From assembly GCA_041303175.1 (NCBI GenBank), contig JBFYPU010000024.1, positions 1 to 57,212 of the forward strand: DNA of 57,212 nt, in the 5' to 3' direction. The translations under genes were made by a program, and so were the position numbers. The notes under the pieces are model-generated. The model made no database searches. It saw only the letters and a list, made by a program, of their open reading frames with translations, and was not told where the DNA came from. Of this stretch, positions 9,598-19,435 are shown piece by piece. How positions within the stretch are numbered: position 1 is the stretch's first letter; the number at the start of each line of letters is the position of its first letter. Origin of the DNA: Crocinitomicaceae bacterium. Its GTDB lineage: Bacteria > Bacteroidota > Bacteroidia > Flavobacteriales_D > Crocinitomicaceae.

Positions 9598-10715
9598 TAT
9601 TTCACCTCGGCCAACACGGGCTGTGGATCTTTTCTTCCTAAGCGGTAAAGCATTTTTCCATGCTCAAGAAGCGCATCAGCAAACGTCTTGTATGAATAGT
9701 ACGGCAAATTGTACTCCATTGCTGTTTCACGAACAATGTGCGAAATTTTACTGTAATGCACGTGGCAAACATTTGGGAAAAGGTGGTGCTCCACTTGGAA
9801 GTTCAACCCTCCAACATACCAAGAAAACCAGGTAGACTTCGGTGCAAAATTCGCTGTGTTCATCAATTGGCTCACTGCCCAATCCGACTCAATGTTTCCA
9901 GACTTATCCGGCATTGGGTAATTCGAAGAAGGAATCACGTGCGCTGGTTGGAAAATTGCAGCAAGTGTCAATCCTGCAATAAAGTGCATCATGAAAAAGC
10001 CTAGAACCGTTCCCCACCAAGGAAGCGCAGAGAAAATCAAAGGAATCACAAAAAACGCAGAGATGTATACGACTTTCGTCAAGATGATAGACACCAACAT
10101 TCCGTTGAAACTCACGCCTTGTGTTTTCAATAAGTCTTTCTTTTTATAGCGCGCCAATTGTGCGTAATCTTTTGAGGAAAACCACATAATCGTCATAAAT
10201 CCGTACAAAAACCAAGCATAAATGTGTTGCAATTTATGCCCTTTACGCAATTTCTGGTTCGGAGAAAAACGCATCAAAACGCCCGTATCGATGTCTTCAT
10301 CCATTCCCGTAACGTTTGTATACGTGTGGTGCAAAACGTTGTGTTGAATTCTCCAGTTCACATCACTTCCACCAATTGGAAGAAGTAATTTGCCCATCAA
10401 ATAATTGATCTTGTTGTGTTTTGAGTAGGCATTGTGATTGGCGTCGTGCATTACAGAAAGACCAATACCCGCCATTCCAAAGCCCATCAACGCCCACATC
10501 AACATGATCCAGCCTGCGGATTCGAAAACAGTAAGCATTAAAATGAACGGAACGATGTACAATGAAACCATGAAAATGGTCTTCAACACCATGTTTGTAT
10601 TCGCGTGTCGAGAAATGTTGTTTTCCTTAAAATAGTGGTTGACACGCTTTCTAAGTACTTTGTAAAAATCTTCGTGTCCTTTTGTGCTTGTAAATCTAAC
10701 TTGTGATGCTTCCAT
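9597..10715 (-). CDS. Membrane fatty acid desaturase
   Basis: 372 aa with TM helices and three His boxes: HDANH, HNVLHH and EHHLFP. Confidence 0.85.
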   Translation of the reverse strand: MEASQVRFTSTKGHEDFYKVLRKRVNHYFKENNISRHANTNMVLKTIFMVSLYIVPFILMLTVFESAGWIMLMWALMGFGMAGIGLSVMHDANHNAYSKHNKINYLMGKLLLPIGGSDVNWRIQHNVLHHTYTNVTGMDEDIDTGVLMRFSPNQKLRKGHKLQHIYAWFLYGFMTIMWFSSKDYAQLARYKKKDLLKTQGVSFNGMLVSIILTKVVYISAFFVIPLIFSALPWWGTVLGFFMMHFIAGLTLAAIFQPAHVIPSSNYPMPDKSGNIESDWAVSQLMNTANFAPKSTWFSWYVGGLNFQVEHHLFPNVCHVHYSKISHIVRETAMEYNLPYYSYKTFADALLEHGKMLYRLGRKDPQPVLAEVK

Positions 10716-10881
10716 GCTTTTTATCTAAATAAGGTAGTACAAAGATACGCCTATTTAATTCGATCAGTGGTATATTCCGCAATCATTTATTCTTTTTTGG
10801 GAAGAATGTACAAGTCCTAAAGTCGATTTTTCATGGGTGAATCACTATTTTTATTCTAATTTTACCCGAAAACATTGAACA

Positions 10882-12813
10882 ATGTCGCACGACAACTTGC
10901 CACCGTATTGTGAGAACTACTTCCGAAGAGAACGTTTTTCTACTCGACCTATAAAAATTGGAAACTTATCGCTTGGTGGAAATGCACCCATTCGCGTACA
11001 ATCGATGACAACGACAGACACCATGGACACGGAAGGCTCTGTTAATCAGTCAAAAAGAATGATAGATGTGGGCTGTGAATTGGTTCGTTTAACTGCGCCG
11101 AGTAAAAATGAAGCGGAAAACTTGCGCGAGATTCGTGCTCAATTGAACGCTGATGGTTACAACGCTCCGCTCGTTGCGGACATCCATTTCACGCCAAACG
11201 CAGCAGAAATTGCAGCTACAATTGTGGAAAAAGTTCGCGTGAATCCTGGAAATTATGCTGATAAAAAGAAATTCGAGGAAATCGAATATACCCATGAATC
11301 CTATCAGGAAGAATTGGAGCGAATTGAGGAGAAATTTACGCCATTAATCCTAATTTGTAAGCAATATGGAACCGCAATGCGTATTGGAACCAATCATGGA
11401 TCACTTTCCGATCGAATTTTGAGTCGCTATGGTGACACGCCTGAAGGTATGGTTGAATCAGCCATGGAATTCTTGCGAATCTGTCGAAAAAACGATTATC
11501 ACGAGATTGTTCTCTCAATGAAAGCAAGCAATACCATTGTTATGGTGCAAGCCTATCGACTTTTGGTTGCTACCATGAAGGCTGACGGGATGAATTATCC
11601 GCTGCATTTGGGTGTTACCGAAGCTGGTGATGGCGAAGATGGCCGCATCAAATCTGCTATTGGCATTGGAGCGCTGCTAGAAGATGGATTAGGCGATACC
11701 ATTCGCGTATCCTTAACGGAAGCACCTGAGGCCGAAATACCGGTTGCAAAGATCCTTTTGAACAAGTTCGACGACGATTCGAATATCTACACACTTGATA
11801 CTCCTTCCGTCGTACTTCCGTACGATCCATACTCACACAATCGTCGCGAGAGTAACGCCGTCTCGAAAGTAGGTGGACATCAAGTTCCCGTTGTAGTGGC
11901 CGATCTCAGTAAAATTGACACCATCAAACATTCCCATTTCTTCGGTTTTGGCTACAATTATTCTGTTCCATTGGACAAATGGAACATCACCGATAGCGCC
12001 GCAGACATCGTGTATATCGGAAATCAGAAGCTATCGTTTGAAACTCCAGGAACGCTGCTCATCGCATGTGATTACACGAATTGGATGGACAATTATCACA
12101 GTAAAAGTGGTTATTTACCCTTGATATCGAAAGAAGACTTACCAAAATTAGATGTCACTGAGACCTTTCTCGTGAAACATTCTGCGGAAGATTTAGAACT
12201 AGATTACCTATTGAACTATCCGAACGCCATCGTTGTATTGGAAACAAACCATTCCAACAGAACCCAACTATATAGAAATATTCAACTGAATTTTGCGAAT
12301 AAAAAAATAAAGACACCGGTAATTCTAAAAACCACCCATCGCACGACTAACCCAGAGATTTTCCAATTGTGGTCATCTTCCGACCTAGGCGCCAACTTCA
12401 TTGATGGATTTGGTGACGGCATATGGCTTGAAGGTGATGTTCCGACAGGATTAATTAATTCCACATCATTCGGGATCTTACAGGCAACGAGAACGCGCAT
12501 ATCGAAAACAGAATACATTTCTTGTCCATCGTGTGGTCGAACGCTTTTTGATCTTCAGGAAACCACTGCAAAAATTCGTGCGCGCACTTCACACCTGAAA
12601 GGGTTAAAAATTGGCATCATGGGTTGCATTGTAAATGGTCCCGGCGAAATGGCAGATGCCGATTACGGATATGTTGGTACCCGACCTGGGAAAATACATT
12701 TGTACAAAGAGAAGACGGTTGTTCGGAAAAACGTTGATGAGAGTGAAGCTGTTGATGCGTTGATCGAATTGATTCGCGAAAATGGCGACTGGATGGATCC
12801 AGTTGAGCACTAA
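10882..12813 (+). CDS. ispG: 4-hydroxy-3-methylbut-2-en-1-yl diphosphate synthase, long form with an inserted domain
   Basis: 643 aa. N-terminal TIM-barrel motifs (VQSMTTTDT, VRVNPGNY, TEAGDGEDGRIKSA). C-terminal 4Fe-4S domain (ISCPSCGRT, GCIVNGPGE). Confidence 0.95.
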   Translation: MSHDNLPPYCENYFRRERFSTRPIKIGNLSLGGNAPIRVQSMTTTDTMDTEGSVNQSKRMIDVGCELVRLTAPSKNEAENLREIRAQLNADGYNAPLVADIHFTPNAAEIAATIVEKVRVNPGNYADKKKFEEIEYTHESYQEELERIEEKFTPLILICKQYGTAMRIGTNHGSLSDRILSRYGDTPEGMVESAMEFLRICRKNDYHEIVLSMKASNTIVMVQAYRLLVATMKADGMNYPLHLGVTEAGDGEDGRIKSAIGIGALLEDGLGDTIRVSLTEAPEAEIPVAKILLNKFDDDSNIYTLDTPSVVLPYDPYSHNRRESNAVSKVGGHQVPVVVADLSKIDTIKHSHFFGFGYNYSVPLDKWNITDSAADIVYIGNQKLSFETPGTLLIACDYTNWMDNYHSKSGYLPLISKEDLPKLDVTETFLVKHSAEDLELDYLLNYPNAIVVLETNHSNRTQLYRNIQLNFANKKIKTPVILKTTHRTTNPEIFQLWSSSDLGANFIDGFGDGIWLEGDVPTGLINSTSFGILQATRTRISKTEYISCPSCGRTLFDLQETTAKIRARTSHLKGLKIGIMGCIVNGPGEMADADYGYVGTRPGKIHLYKEKTVVRKNVDESEAVDALIELIRENGDWMDPVEH

Positions 12814-13065
12814 TTCTCTTGAAAAAGGCGAAAAATTCGGATATATTCCTTAAACCCCTGATAATGTGCGTGATAAGCGTTAAAAAACACGTGCGCGCCA
12901 GTGTTCGATCTCACAAGGGTCAAGGTGTTTTCCTTTCCGCACCAATGAAATGCGCTCAAAACCCTTTAAAATGCCAATTCACCAAAAAAAATGGTCGGTA
13001 TCTTATAAATCGACCAAAAAAAACGCATCACTCCAAAAAAATTCTATAGAAATTAGATTCACACT

Positions 13066-13100
13066 AAAAACAAAAAAGGCGACCCAAATAAGAATCGCCT
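13066..13100 (-). terminator. Rho-independent terminator of mnmG
   Basis: AGGCGA (13077-13082) pairs with TCGCCT (13095-13100). On the minus strand the hairpin is followed by a T-run (plus-strand A-run 13066-13077). Confidence 0.55.
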
Positions 13101-13124
13101 CAAACTATTGAATGGGTATAAAAT

Positions 13125-14999
13125 TTATCTTCCTAAGAAAACGAGAAGAACTGAAACATCACTTGGCGACACTCCACTGATTCGCGAAGCTTGTCCAATG
13201 GTGACAGGTTTAATTTTATTCAATTTTTGTTTTGCCTCCGTACTTAAACTAGCGAGCGTTGAAAAATCGAGATCTGGAGGAATGCTCACTCCTTCCAATC
13301 TATCCATTTTGTGAGCAACATCCTGTTCACGCGAAATATATCCTTCGTACTTCAATTGAATTTCTGCTTGCATGACCACTTCCTCCTCTTCTTCCATCAA
13401 TCCGATAGCGAGATCATTTTCCGTTCCATTCATTTCACGAATTTCCTTCATGGTGATTCCAGGGCGCGTTATCAATGAACTCAATCTCACTTGTTGATTG
13501 ATCGGAGAACTTTCCAAACGCTCGAGCACAGGATTTGCGAATTCAGGAAGAACAGCTTCTTTACTCAGTAAAAACTTCACGCGTTTCGTGCCAGCTTCTT
13601 TCTGTTCCATTTTTCGCAGAGCATCATCAGACGCCAATCCAATTTCATGACCGATAGGCGTTAAACGCAAATCAGCATTATCCTGACGGAGCAAGATTCT
13701 ATATTCCGCTCTACTCGTAAACATTCGATAAGGTTCTTCCGTTCCTTTTGTAATGAGGTCGTCAATGAGTACACCGATGTATGCTTCACTTCGTGTTAGT
13801 ATAAATGGATTTTGTTCCTTCACTTTTCGCGCAGCATTGATTCCAGCCATGAGTCCTTGACAAGCAGCCTCCTCATATCCTGTTGTTCCATTAATTTGTC
13901 CTGCGAAATACAAATTCTCAATTCGTTTTGTTTCCAGCGTGTGTTTCAGTTGTGTCGGCGGAAAATAATCATACTCGATGGCATAACCAGGACGAAACAT
14001 TTTCACATGTTCGAAACCTGGAATCGAAGTCATTGCTTTGTATTGAACATCTTCTGGCAGCGAAGTGCTAAATCCGTTCACATAAATTTCCACCGTGTTC
14101 CATCCTTCTGGCTCCACAAAAATTTGGTGCCGATCTCGATCTGCAAAGCGATTGATTTTATCCTCAATGCTCGGACAATATCTTGGGCCGATACTTTTTA
14201 TGGCACCATTGAACATTGGCGAACGATCAAACCCTGTTTTGAGTAATTCGTGTGTTTCAGGATTTGTATATGTAATATGACACGATCGCTGAACTGAAAG
14301 CGGTTTTGTGTCGCTAAAACTAAATTTGGATGGGTGTTCATCACCAAACTGTTCCTCCATTTTAGAATAATCCAACGAACGTCCATCCACCCGCGGCGGC
14401 GTACCTGTTTTCATCCTTCCCGTTTCAAAACCGAGTTTCACCAAATCTTCTGTAATTCCAGTAGCGGCTTTTTCACCTGCACGTCCACCACCAAATTGTT
14501 TTTCGCCCAAATGAATCAATCCATTGAGAAAAGTCCCATTGGTGAGCACAACCGATTTTCCTTTGATTTCCACCCCGATTGATGTTCGAACTCCAACAAT
14601 TCTATCGTTTTCCACAATCAAGCCGTTGCACATGTCTTGCCAAAAATCGACCCCAGGATTTCTCTCGAGCATCAATCGCCACTCCTCAGCAAAACGCATT
14701 CGGTCATTTTGTGTTCGTGGCGACCACATTGCGGGTCCTTTTGAAAGGTTGAGCATTCGAAACTGAATTGCGCTCAAGTCGCTCACAATTCCCGAACCAC
14801 CACCAAGGGCGTCAATTTCCCTCACAATTTGCCCTTTTGCCACTCCACCCATCGCTGGATTGCAGCTCATTTGAGCAATCGTGTTCATGTTCATAGTAAT
14901 CAACAGCGTGGAACAACCCAGTTTCGCAGCAGCATTTGCCGCCTCACAACCTGCGTGCCCCGCACCCACCACTATCACATCGTATTCTCTCAGCATCAC
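13125..14999 (-). CDS. mnmG: tRNA uridine 5-carboxymethylaminomethyl modification enzyme MnmG (GidA)
   Basis: 624 aa. YDVIVVGAGHAGCEAA FAD motif, MSCNPAMGG, and GQINGTTGYEEAA. Confidence 0.95.
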   Translation of the reverse strand: MMLREYDVIVVGAGHAGCEAANAAAKLGCSTLLITMNMNTIAQMSCNPAMGGVAKGQIVREIDALGGGSGIVSDLSAIQFRMLNLSKGPAMWSPRTQNDRMRFAEEWRLMLERNPGVDFWQDMCNGLIVENDRIVGVRTSIGVEIKGKSVVLTNGTFLNGLIHLGEKQFGGGRAGEKAATGITEDLVKLGFETGRMKTGTPPRVDGRSLDYSKMEEQFGDEHPSKFSFSDTKPLSVQRSCHITYTNPETHELLKTGFDRSPMFNGAIKSIGPRYCPSIEDKINRFADRDRHQIFVEPEGWNTVEIYVNGFSTSLPEDVQYKAMTSIPGFEHVKMFRPGYAIEYDYFPPTQLKHTLETKRIENLYFAGQINGTTGYEEAACQGLMAGINAARKVKEQNPFILTRSEAYIGVLIDDLITKGTEEPYRMFTSRAEYRILLRQDNADLRLTPIGHEIGLASDDALRKMEQKEAGTKRVKFLLSKEAVLPEFANPVLERLESSPINQQVRLSSLITRPGITMKEIREMNGTENDLAIGLMEEEEEVVMQAEIQLKYEGYISREQDVAHKMDRLEGVSIPPDLDFSTLASLSTEAKQKLNKIKPVTIGQASRISGVSPSDVSVLLVFLGR

Positions 15000-15037
15000 C
15001 TATTGTTTCACGTGGAACAAAATTACAACTCTTTTAA

Positions 15038-15469
15038 TTAACCTCGCGTTTCACGTGGAACTATTAAACTTAGCGCCCACGACTCCTTTTGTCTCATCAC
15101 GGTTATGTCAGTTTCTAATTTATCCATGTAACCCATAAGATGTAAAACACCATGGGCAATTACACGGTTAAGTTCCACGTGGAACAATTCACCATGCTCA
15201 ATTGCATTCTCATTAACGCGGTCCACTGAAACAAACAAATCACCACACACAACATCCTCTTCCGAATAATCGAATGTGATGATATCCGTATAATAATCAT
15301 GATTTAAATGCAAGCGGTTGACCTCCAATAAGTAATCATCCGAACAAAAAATAAAGCATAGTTCACCCAGCACAAACCCCTCCGCTACCGCAAGCCCAGA
15401 TAGCCACGAAACAAAAAATTCTGGATCCAGATCCAGAATTTCAGTGTCTTCGTATACAATATCAATCAT
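15038..15469 (-). CDS. ybeY: rRNA maturation endoribonuclease YbeY
   Basis: 143 aa with the zinc motif HGVLHLMGYMD. Its ATG shares one base with the stop of the upstream gene (TAATG). Confidence 0.9.
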   Translation of the reverse strand: MIDIVYEDTEILDLDPEFFVSWLSGLAVAEGFVLGELCFIFCSDDYLLEVNRLHLNHDYYTDIITFDYSEEDVVCGDLFVSVDRVNENAIEHGELFHVELNRVIAHGVLHLMGYMDKLETDITVMRQKESWALSLIVPRETRG

Positions 15470-15885
15470 TACTTCTTCGAAAAATAGATGCTTACACTAC
15501 TCCCGGTATCGTTAAACTCCACTGACTCGGCAAGTGACCGCATAAGAAAAATCCCCCTACCGTTCTCCTTTTCAATGTTCTCAGGAGCCGTGGGGTCCGG
15601 AAGGTTTCTGAAATCAAATCCTTCCCCACCATCTTTAACATTGAAACAAAAATCCGTTTCCTTATCGCCAACATGTACATCCACTGTAAGCTCCTCTTTG
15701 AGCTTGTTGCCGTGAATAATCGCATTGTTCACCGCTTCCGTTACTGCTACCAATACGTTTCCGTAGTAGTCTTCATTCACTTGGAGTTTTTCACACACCT
15801 CATCAATCAAACTTTCGACCTTATTCAAAGATCCAAAGGTTGAGGGTATCGACAATTTATTTACAAGAACGTATCCTTCTTTCAT
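15469..15885 (-). CDS. RsbW-like anti-sigma regulatory factor / Ser-Thr kinase (HATPase_c-type ATP-binding protein)
   Basis: 138 aa. N-box VTEAVNNAIIHGN, G1 box DGGEGFD, G2 box GRGIFLM. No STAS partner or sigma factor is adjacent. Confidence 0.7.
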   Translation of the reverse strand: MKEGYVLVNKLSIPSTFGSLNKVESLIDEVCEKLQVNEDYYGNVLVAVTEAVNNAIIHGNKLKEELTVDVHVGDKETDFCFNVKDGGEGFDFRNLPDPTAPENIEKENGRGIFLMRSLAESVEFNDTGSSVSIYFSKK

Positions 15886-15898
15886 GCTACGATTTCAT

Positions 15899-18800
15899 TT
15901 ACATCATACGATTGAAATACTCGTTAGCTCTGTCTTTATAATACTTCTGATAAGCAGGATCAACAGAACGAAGTAGTTCAATTTGTTTCAACTTCTCCTT
16001 GTTATACTCCTCAAATCGTATTTGGTTACCATTCTGATCATTATTTCCAGACTTCGATTCTCTTTTTTCATCAAGCCCTCGTTCACGCGTCGCTTTCTCA
16101 CTCTCCAACAAGCGCGTTAGGATGTCTTGCTGGCGTTTCACCATGTTGTTTCCAAAACGCCTATTCAACAGATCACGCTCCTGCTCTTCCAATTCCTTAA
16201 TTAAAGGATTAAGTTTGTTTCCTTCTCCTTGACCCGCCTTATTCAACTCATTTCTTAACTGCTCAAGACGCTTTCGAATAGCTGATTGCTCAGCTGCCAT
16301 TTTCGCAATTTCCTTGTTTCCCATTCCACCGCTTCCATTTTGACCACCAGGCTTATCTCCAGGTTTATCCCCGGGCTTGTCCCCAGGCTGCTTCCCACCT
16401 TCGTTTTGACCCTTCTTCATTTGATCCAACTGCTTCTGTAGCATCTGTTTCATGTCTTGATTTGACATACCATTACCAGGCTTCGGTTGACCCTTTCCAC
16501 CCGGTTTGTTGCATGTCCCTGAACCTGGTTTACTGTTCTGCATTTGTTGCTGCATCTCTTGCAAACTCTCATTAAGAAGCAACGCCAAATTGTTGTAAGA
16601 AGTCATGGTATACTGCTGGTGTATGCCCAAATCCGCCATCTTTCGTTCATCAATATCTTCCAGACTCAAGGCTTGATTAACAGATATTTTATTCAGTTCA
16701 GCATCTACAAAACTCGCTATTTTCGGTTGACGTTCAGCTAGGGCATACAAACTATCTCGCACCACTTTTGTGTCATCAATAATCTTTCTCTGTTCGCGCG
16801 TATACTTCCTAAAAGCAGGGTCCTTATCGTTGATTCGCGCGAGTTGCTTCATCACACGTTCCTGACTAAAACTCAAGGAAACTAGACTCTCCAGAATGTT
16901 CCGCAACATGTCCATGTCCTCCTGAGCTTGTTGCTCATTCGCGCTTTCCTGCATCGCCTGCATTTGCTCTGCCATACTCTCCATGTCTTCAGCAGCACCT
17001 TCCTGTGACTCGCCTGCCTTGCCCTCTTTTCCGTTCTCCAAGCTCTCCTTCGCATCCTTCAATTCCTCTTGAATTTCTTCCGCTTTTTCCATGGGCTTAC
17101 CCATGTCCATAGGGTCTTTGAGCGACTGATTCAAACTATCCATTTTTTGAATATCATCCTTAAGTTGTTCGAATTTATCGTTAATCTCGTTCTGCTCTTT
17201 TTTATCATCCTCAGTAGCCTTTCCTTTCTCTTCAATCTCTTCTTTCAAGGCTCTCTGCTCCTCTGCCAACTCCTTCAATTCATTTTCAATCGCATCAATT
17301 TTCTCGTTAACTTGGAGACGCTTTAGCATTTCCAAACTACGGTCCATTTGTCTTTTCATGTCCTCTGTAGACATCTCCAACTCCTTCATTTTCTCCTCAA
17401 CACCGTCCTTGTTTTGCTCCTTCATGAGTTTCTCCAACTCATCCAAAAGATTTCGCAATTCGTCGTCCATCAGTTCCTCCAAGAGCTTCTCAATTTGCTC
17501 TTGTTGTTCCATGAGCTCCTTGTCCAATTCCGAGAGTTGATCCTTTTCTTCCAACGAGTTTTTCATGTCCTCTTGAAGCGATTGAAGTTGCTCTATCATC
17601 GATTTTTGTTGCTCTTGAAGTTGCTTTACTTGATTCTGTTTGTTCCAATTGGACTGACTCGAATTCATCGTCTCTTTGCGCAGACGATCCATGTCCTCCT
17701 TGAATTTCTCCATTTGGCTCATGACATCCTCAAGGTCCTCCTTCGCCTTTTCCTGCTGTTCATCACGTATCTCATTGAGCTCTTCAAGATTCGGCAATTT
17801 GTACACAAACGACCTAGACGATGTGCTCTTGTTCCCATTCACTCCATCATTATCCGTCACGACAAAATGATACTCTATCTTATCCTCTAATTGAATGTTT
17901 TCACGCCGAAAATCCACAGCAAAATCAAAGGGCGACTCCGTACCAATAACCCGACCAGCATTCATACGTTCCGTTCGCTTCGTCCCATTCACCGACGTAA
18001 TTGTGTACACAAACGACAAACTAGATAAACCATGGTCATCTGCAACCATACCCGAAAAATAACGGATACCATCTTTCAACGAATCCTGAATTTCTCCAAC
18101 TTGAATTGAAGGAAAATTGTCCTTTTCTACCTCGACCAAAAACTCAGTTGTATCGGCATTACCGTTCACTTTGTTCTTTAAAATGACTTTACCCTTTGTA
18201 TCGCTTCTAAACTGATCTGTTACCACAAAACCATCCTTGGTGAAACGTTGACGTTTTGATCCTAGCCAAAATTCAGTGTTCTGACTGTGCTTGGTGATCA
18301 CACTCCATGAAATCCGTGTTCCTTCCGGTACTGACAGGTCGGACGCATTCTCAACAACCTCATTTTCAAGCCCTAAATACGCCGGGTAGATTAAAGTAGC
18401 CTGCATTTTTCCAATTGCAGTCTTTGAAATAACATGTATAGAATAGTCGCTACTCGAAACCTTTTCACCATCAACATTCGCCTCGAAACTTAACTTTGTT
18501 GTGGACCTCAATTGGTTCAATTCACCCTTAAAACGATTTTTAGCTACACGCTTCAATAACGCTCGCCCGTTGGAAGATCTAACGTACACCTTATCCGGAA
18601 TACGATCACCAATCAAACTTACTTCAAACGGAAAATTCTCCCCTTCAACGACACTTTCTCTATCATTCAAAAATGAAAATGTGAACGGCGGTGGAATTTT
18701 AAACTCCTTTGAAAACTGTACCACCCGTTGTGTTCCATCTTTAAACATGCCCGGCATAAAGAACAACAACGCGAAGAAAACAGCCAGAATCGGCAAAGCC

Positions 18801-19276
18801 CACTTCAAGTGCTTCTTATTTTCTTCTAAATCAATCGCATTGGAAAAAGGAACCAAACTCAAGCTTGTACTCCGTTGCTGCACGCTCGCATTCAACAATT
18901 CAAAATCAGCAGAATTTTCGTCCATTTGATCCTTCAATTGAAGCGTATTCAATAGTCGATCCGATACTTCTGGAAAAAACGAACCAATGATTGTGGACGC
19001 TTGATACCTATCAATGCGCTTGCCGAACGATTTCAATTTTAGAATTGGAATGATCAAGTATTTCCCAAGAATAAAACCATTCACCGCCAAAAAACCAAAA
19101 AACAGACTTCCTCGCACATACGAGTTGAATCGACCGAAATACTCGAGGGTGATAATTGTCAAATAGGTCACTAAAAGAACCCCTACAAAGAGGAAGATTC
19201 CTTTAATCATTTGATTCTTGTAGAACTTGCGAATAAAGCCGTCTACTTGATCCAATAAGCGATCAAATGCACTCAT
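15899..19276 (-). CDS. Large membrane protein with an N-terminal multi-TM region, a beta-rich domain, a long acidic coiled coil and a low-complexity tail (possibly DUF4175-like)
   Basis: 1125 aa. TM helices near the N-terminus (IFLFVGVLLVTYLTIITL, LFFGFLAVNGFILGKYLIIPIL, LPILAVFFALLFFMPGMF). About 300 aa of E/K/Q/M-rich heptad-like sequence. A PGDKPGDKPGDKPGG repeat. The family name comes from memory only. Confidence 0.65.
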   Translation of the reverse strand: MSAFDRLLDQVDGFIRKFYKNQMIKGIFLFVGVLLVTYLTIITLEYFGRFNSYVRGSLFFGFLAVNGFILGKYLIIPILKLKSFGKRIDRYQASTIIGSFFPEVSDRLLNTLQLKDQMDENSADFELLNASVQQRSTSLSLVPFSNAIDLEENKKHLKWALPILAVFFALLFFMPGMFKDGTQRVVQFSKEFKIPPPFTFSFLNDRESVVEGENFPFEVSLIGDRIPDKVYVRSSNGRALLKRVAKNRFKGELNQLRSTTKLSFEANVDGEKVSSSDYSIHVISKTAIGKMQATLIYPAYLGLENEVVENASDLSVPEGTRISWSVITKHSQNTEFWLGSKRQRFTKDGFVVTDQFRSDTKGKVILKNKVNGNADTTEFLVEVEKDNFPSIQVGEIQDSLKDGIRYFSGMVADDHGLSSLSFVYTITSVNGTKRTERMNAGRVIGTESPFDFAVDFRRENIQLEDKIEYHFVVTDNDGVNGNKSTSSRSFVYKLPNLEELNEIRDEQQEKAKEDLEDVMSQMEKFKEDMDRLRKETMNSSQSNWNKQNQVKQLQEQQKSMIEQLQSLQEDMKNSLEEKDQLSELDKELMEQQEQIEKLLEELMDDELRNLLDELEKLMKEQNKDGVEEKMKELEMSTEDMKRQMDRSLEMLKRLQVNEKIDAIENELKELAEEQRALKEEIEEKGKATEDDKKEQNEINDKFEQLKDDIQKMDSLNQSLKDPMDMGKPMEKAEEIQEELKDAKESLENGKEGKAGESQEGAAEDMESMAEQMQAMQESANEQQAQEDMDMLRNILESLVSLSFSQERVMKQLARINDKDPAFRKYTREQRKIIDDTKVVRDSLYALAERQPKIASFVDAELNKISVNQALSLEDIDERKMADLGIHQQYTMTSYNNLALLLNESLQEMQQQMQNSKPGSGTCNKPGGKGQPKPGNGMSNQDMKQMLQKQLDQMKKGQNEGGKQPGDKPGDKPGDKPGGQNGSGGMGNKEIAKMAAEQSAIRKRLEQLRNELNKAGQGEGNKLNPLIKELEEQERDLLNRRFGNNMVKRQQDILTRLLESEKATRERGLDEKRESKSGNNDQNGNQIRFEEYNKEKLKQIELLRSVDPAYQKYYKDRANEYFNRMM

Positions 19277-19408
19277 ACATTTCAGATTGAATAACTAAAT
19301 TACTACATAATCCATTGATAACCTCTAAATAAACGTTAACGAACTGTACAATCGTATACAAAGGGCGTTCAAAGGCAATGAATTCTTCTGCACTAAGAGT
19401 ATTCTCTC

Positions 19409-19416
19409 TATCTTTG
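19409..19416 (+). promoter_or_regulatory. Candidate -7 promoter box (TAnnTTTG) for gltX
   Basis: TATCTTTG lies 20 nt upstream of the gltX ATG. Confidence 0.3.
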
Positions 19417-19435
19417 CTCTCAAAAAATTCGCATT

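Noticed and set aside
12819-13049. 76-aa basic ORF (TTG start) in the ispG-mnmG spacer, and a possible SRP/4.5S-like RNA because of a GGUGCGGAAAGGAAAACACC word on the minus strand
   Set aside because: The ORF has a non-ATG start, an unconvincing K/R-rich composition and no motif. The RNA idea fails because I could not fold the GGAA-containing word into the conserved helix-8 pattern (GGAA tetraloop plus AGCA loop) or into a long hairpin. The spacer still deserves an Infernal scan.
17348-17890. 180-aa Leu/Phe-rich ORF, plus neighbours at 17069..17326 and 17358..17870, opposite the large coiled-coil gene
   Set aside because: These are antisense shadows of E/K/Q-rich codons, which read as L/F/S-rich on the other strand. 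They have no independent support.
16300-17900. Repetitive DNA in the large coiled-coil gene as a possible CRISPR-like or tandem-repeat array
   Set aside because: The repeats are in-frame, coding and low-complexity (PGDK x3 and E/K/Q heptads). They lack the regular repeat-spacer structure of an array.
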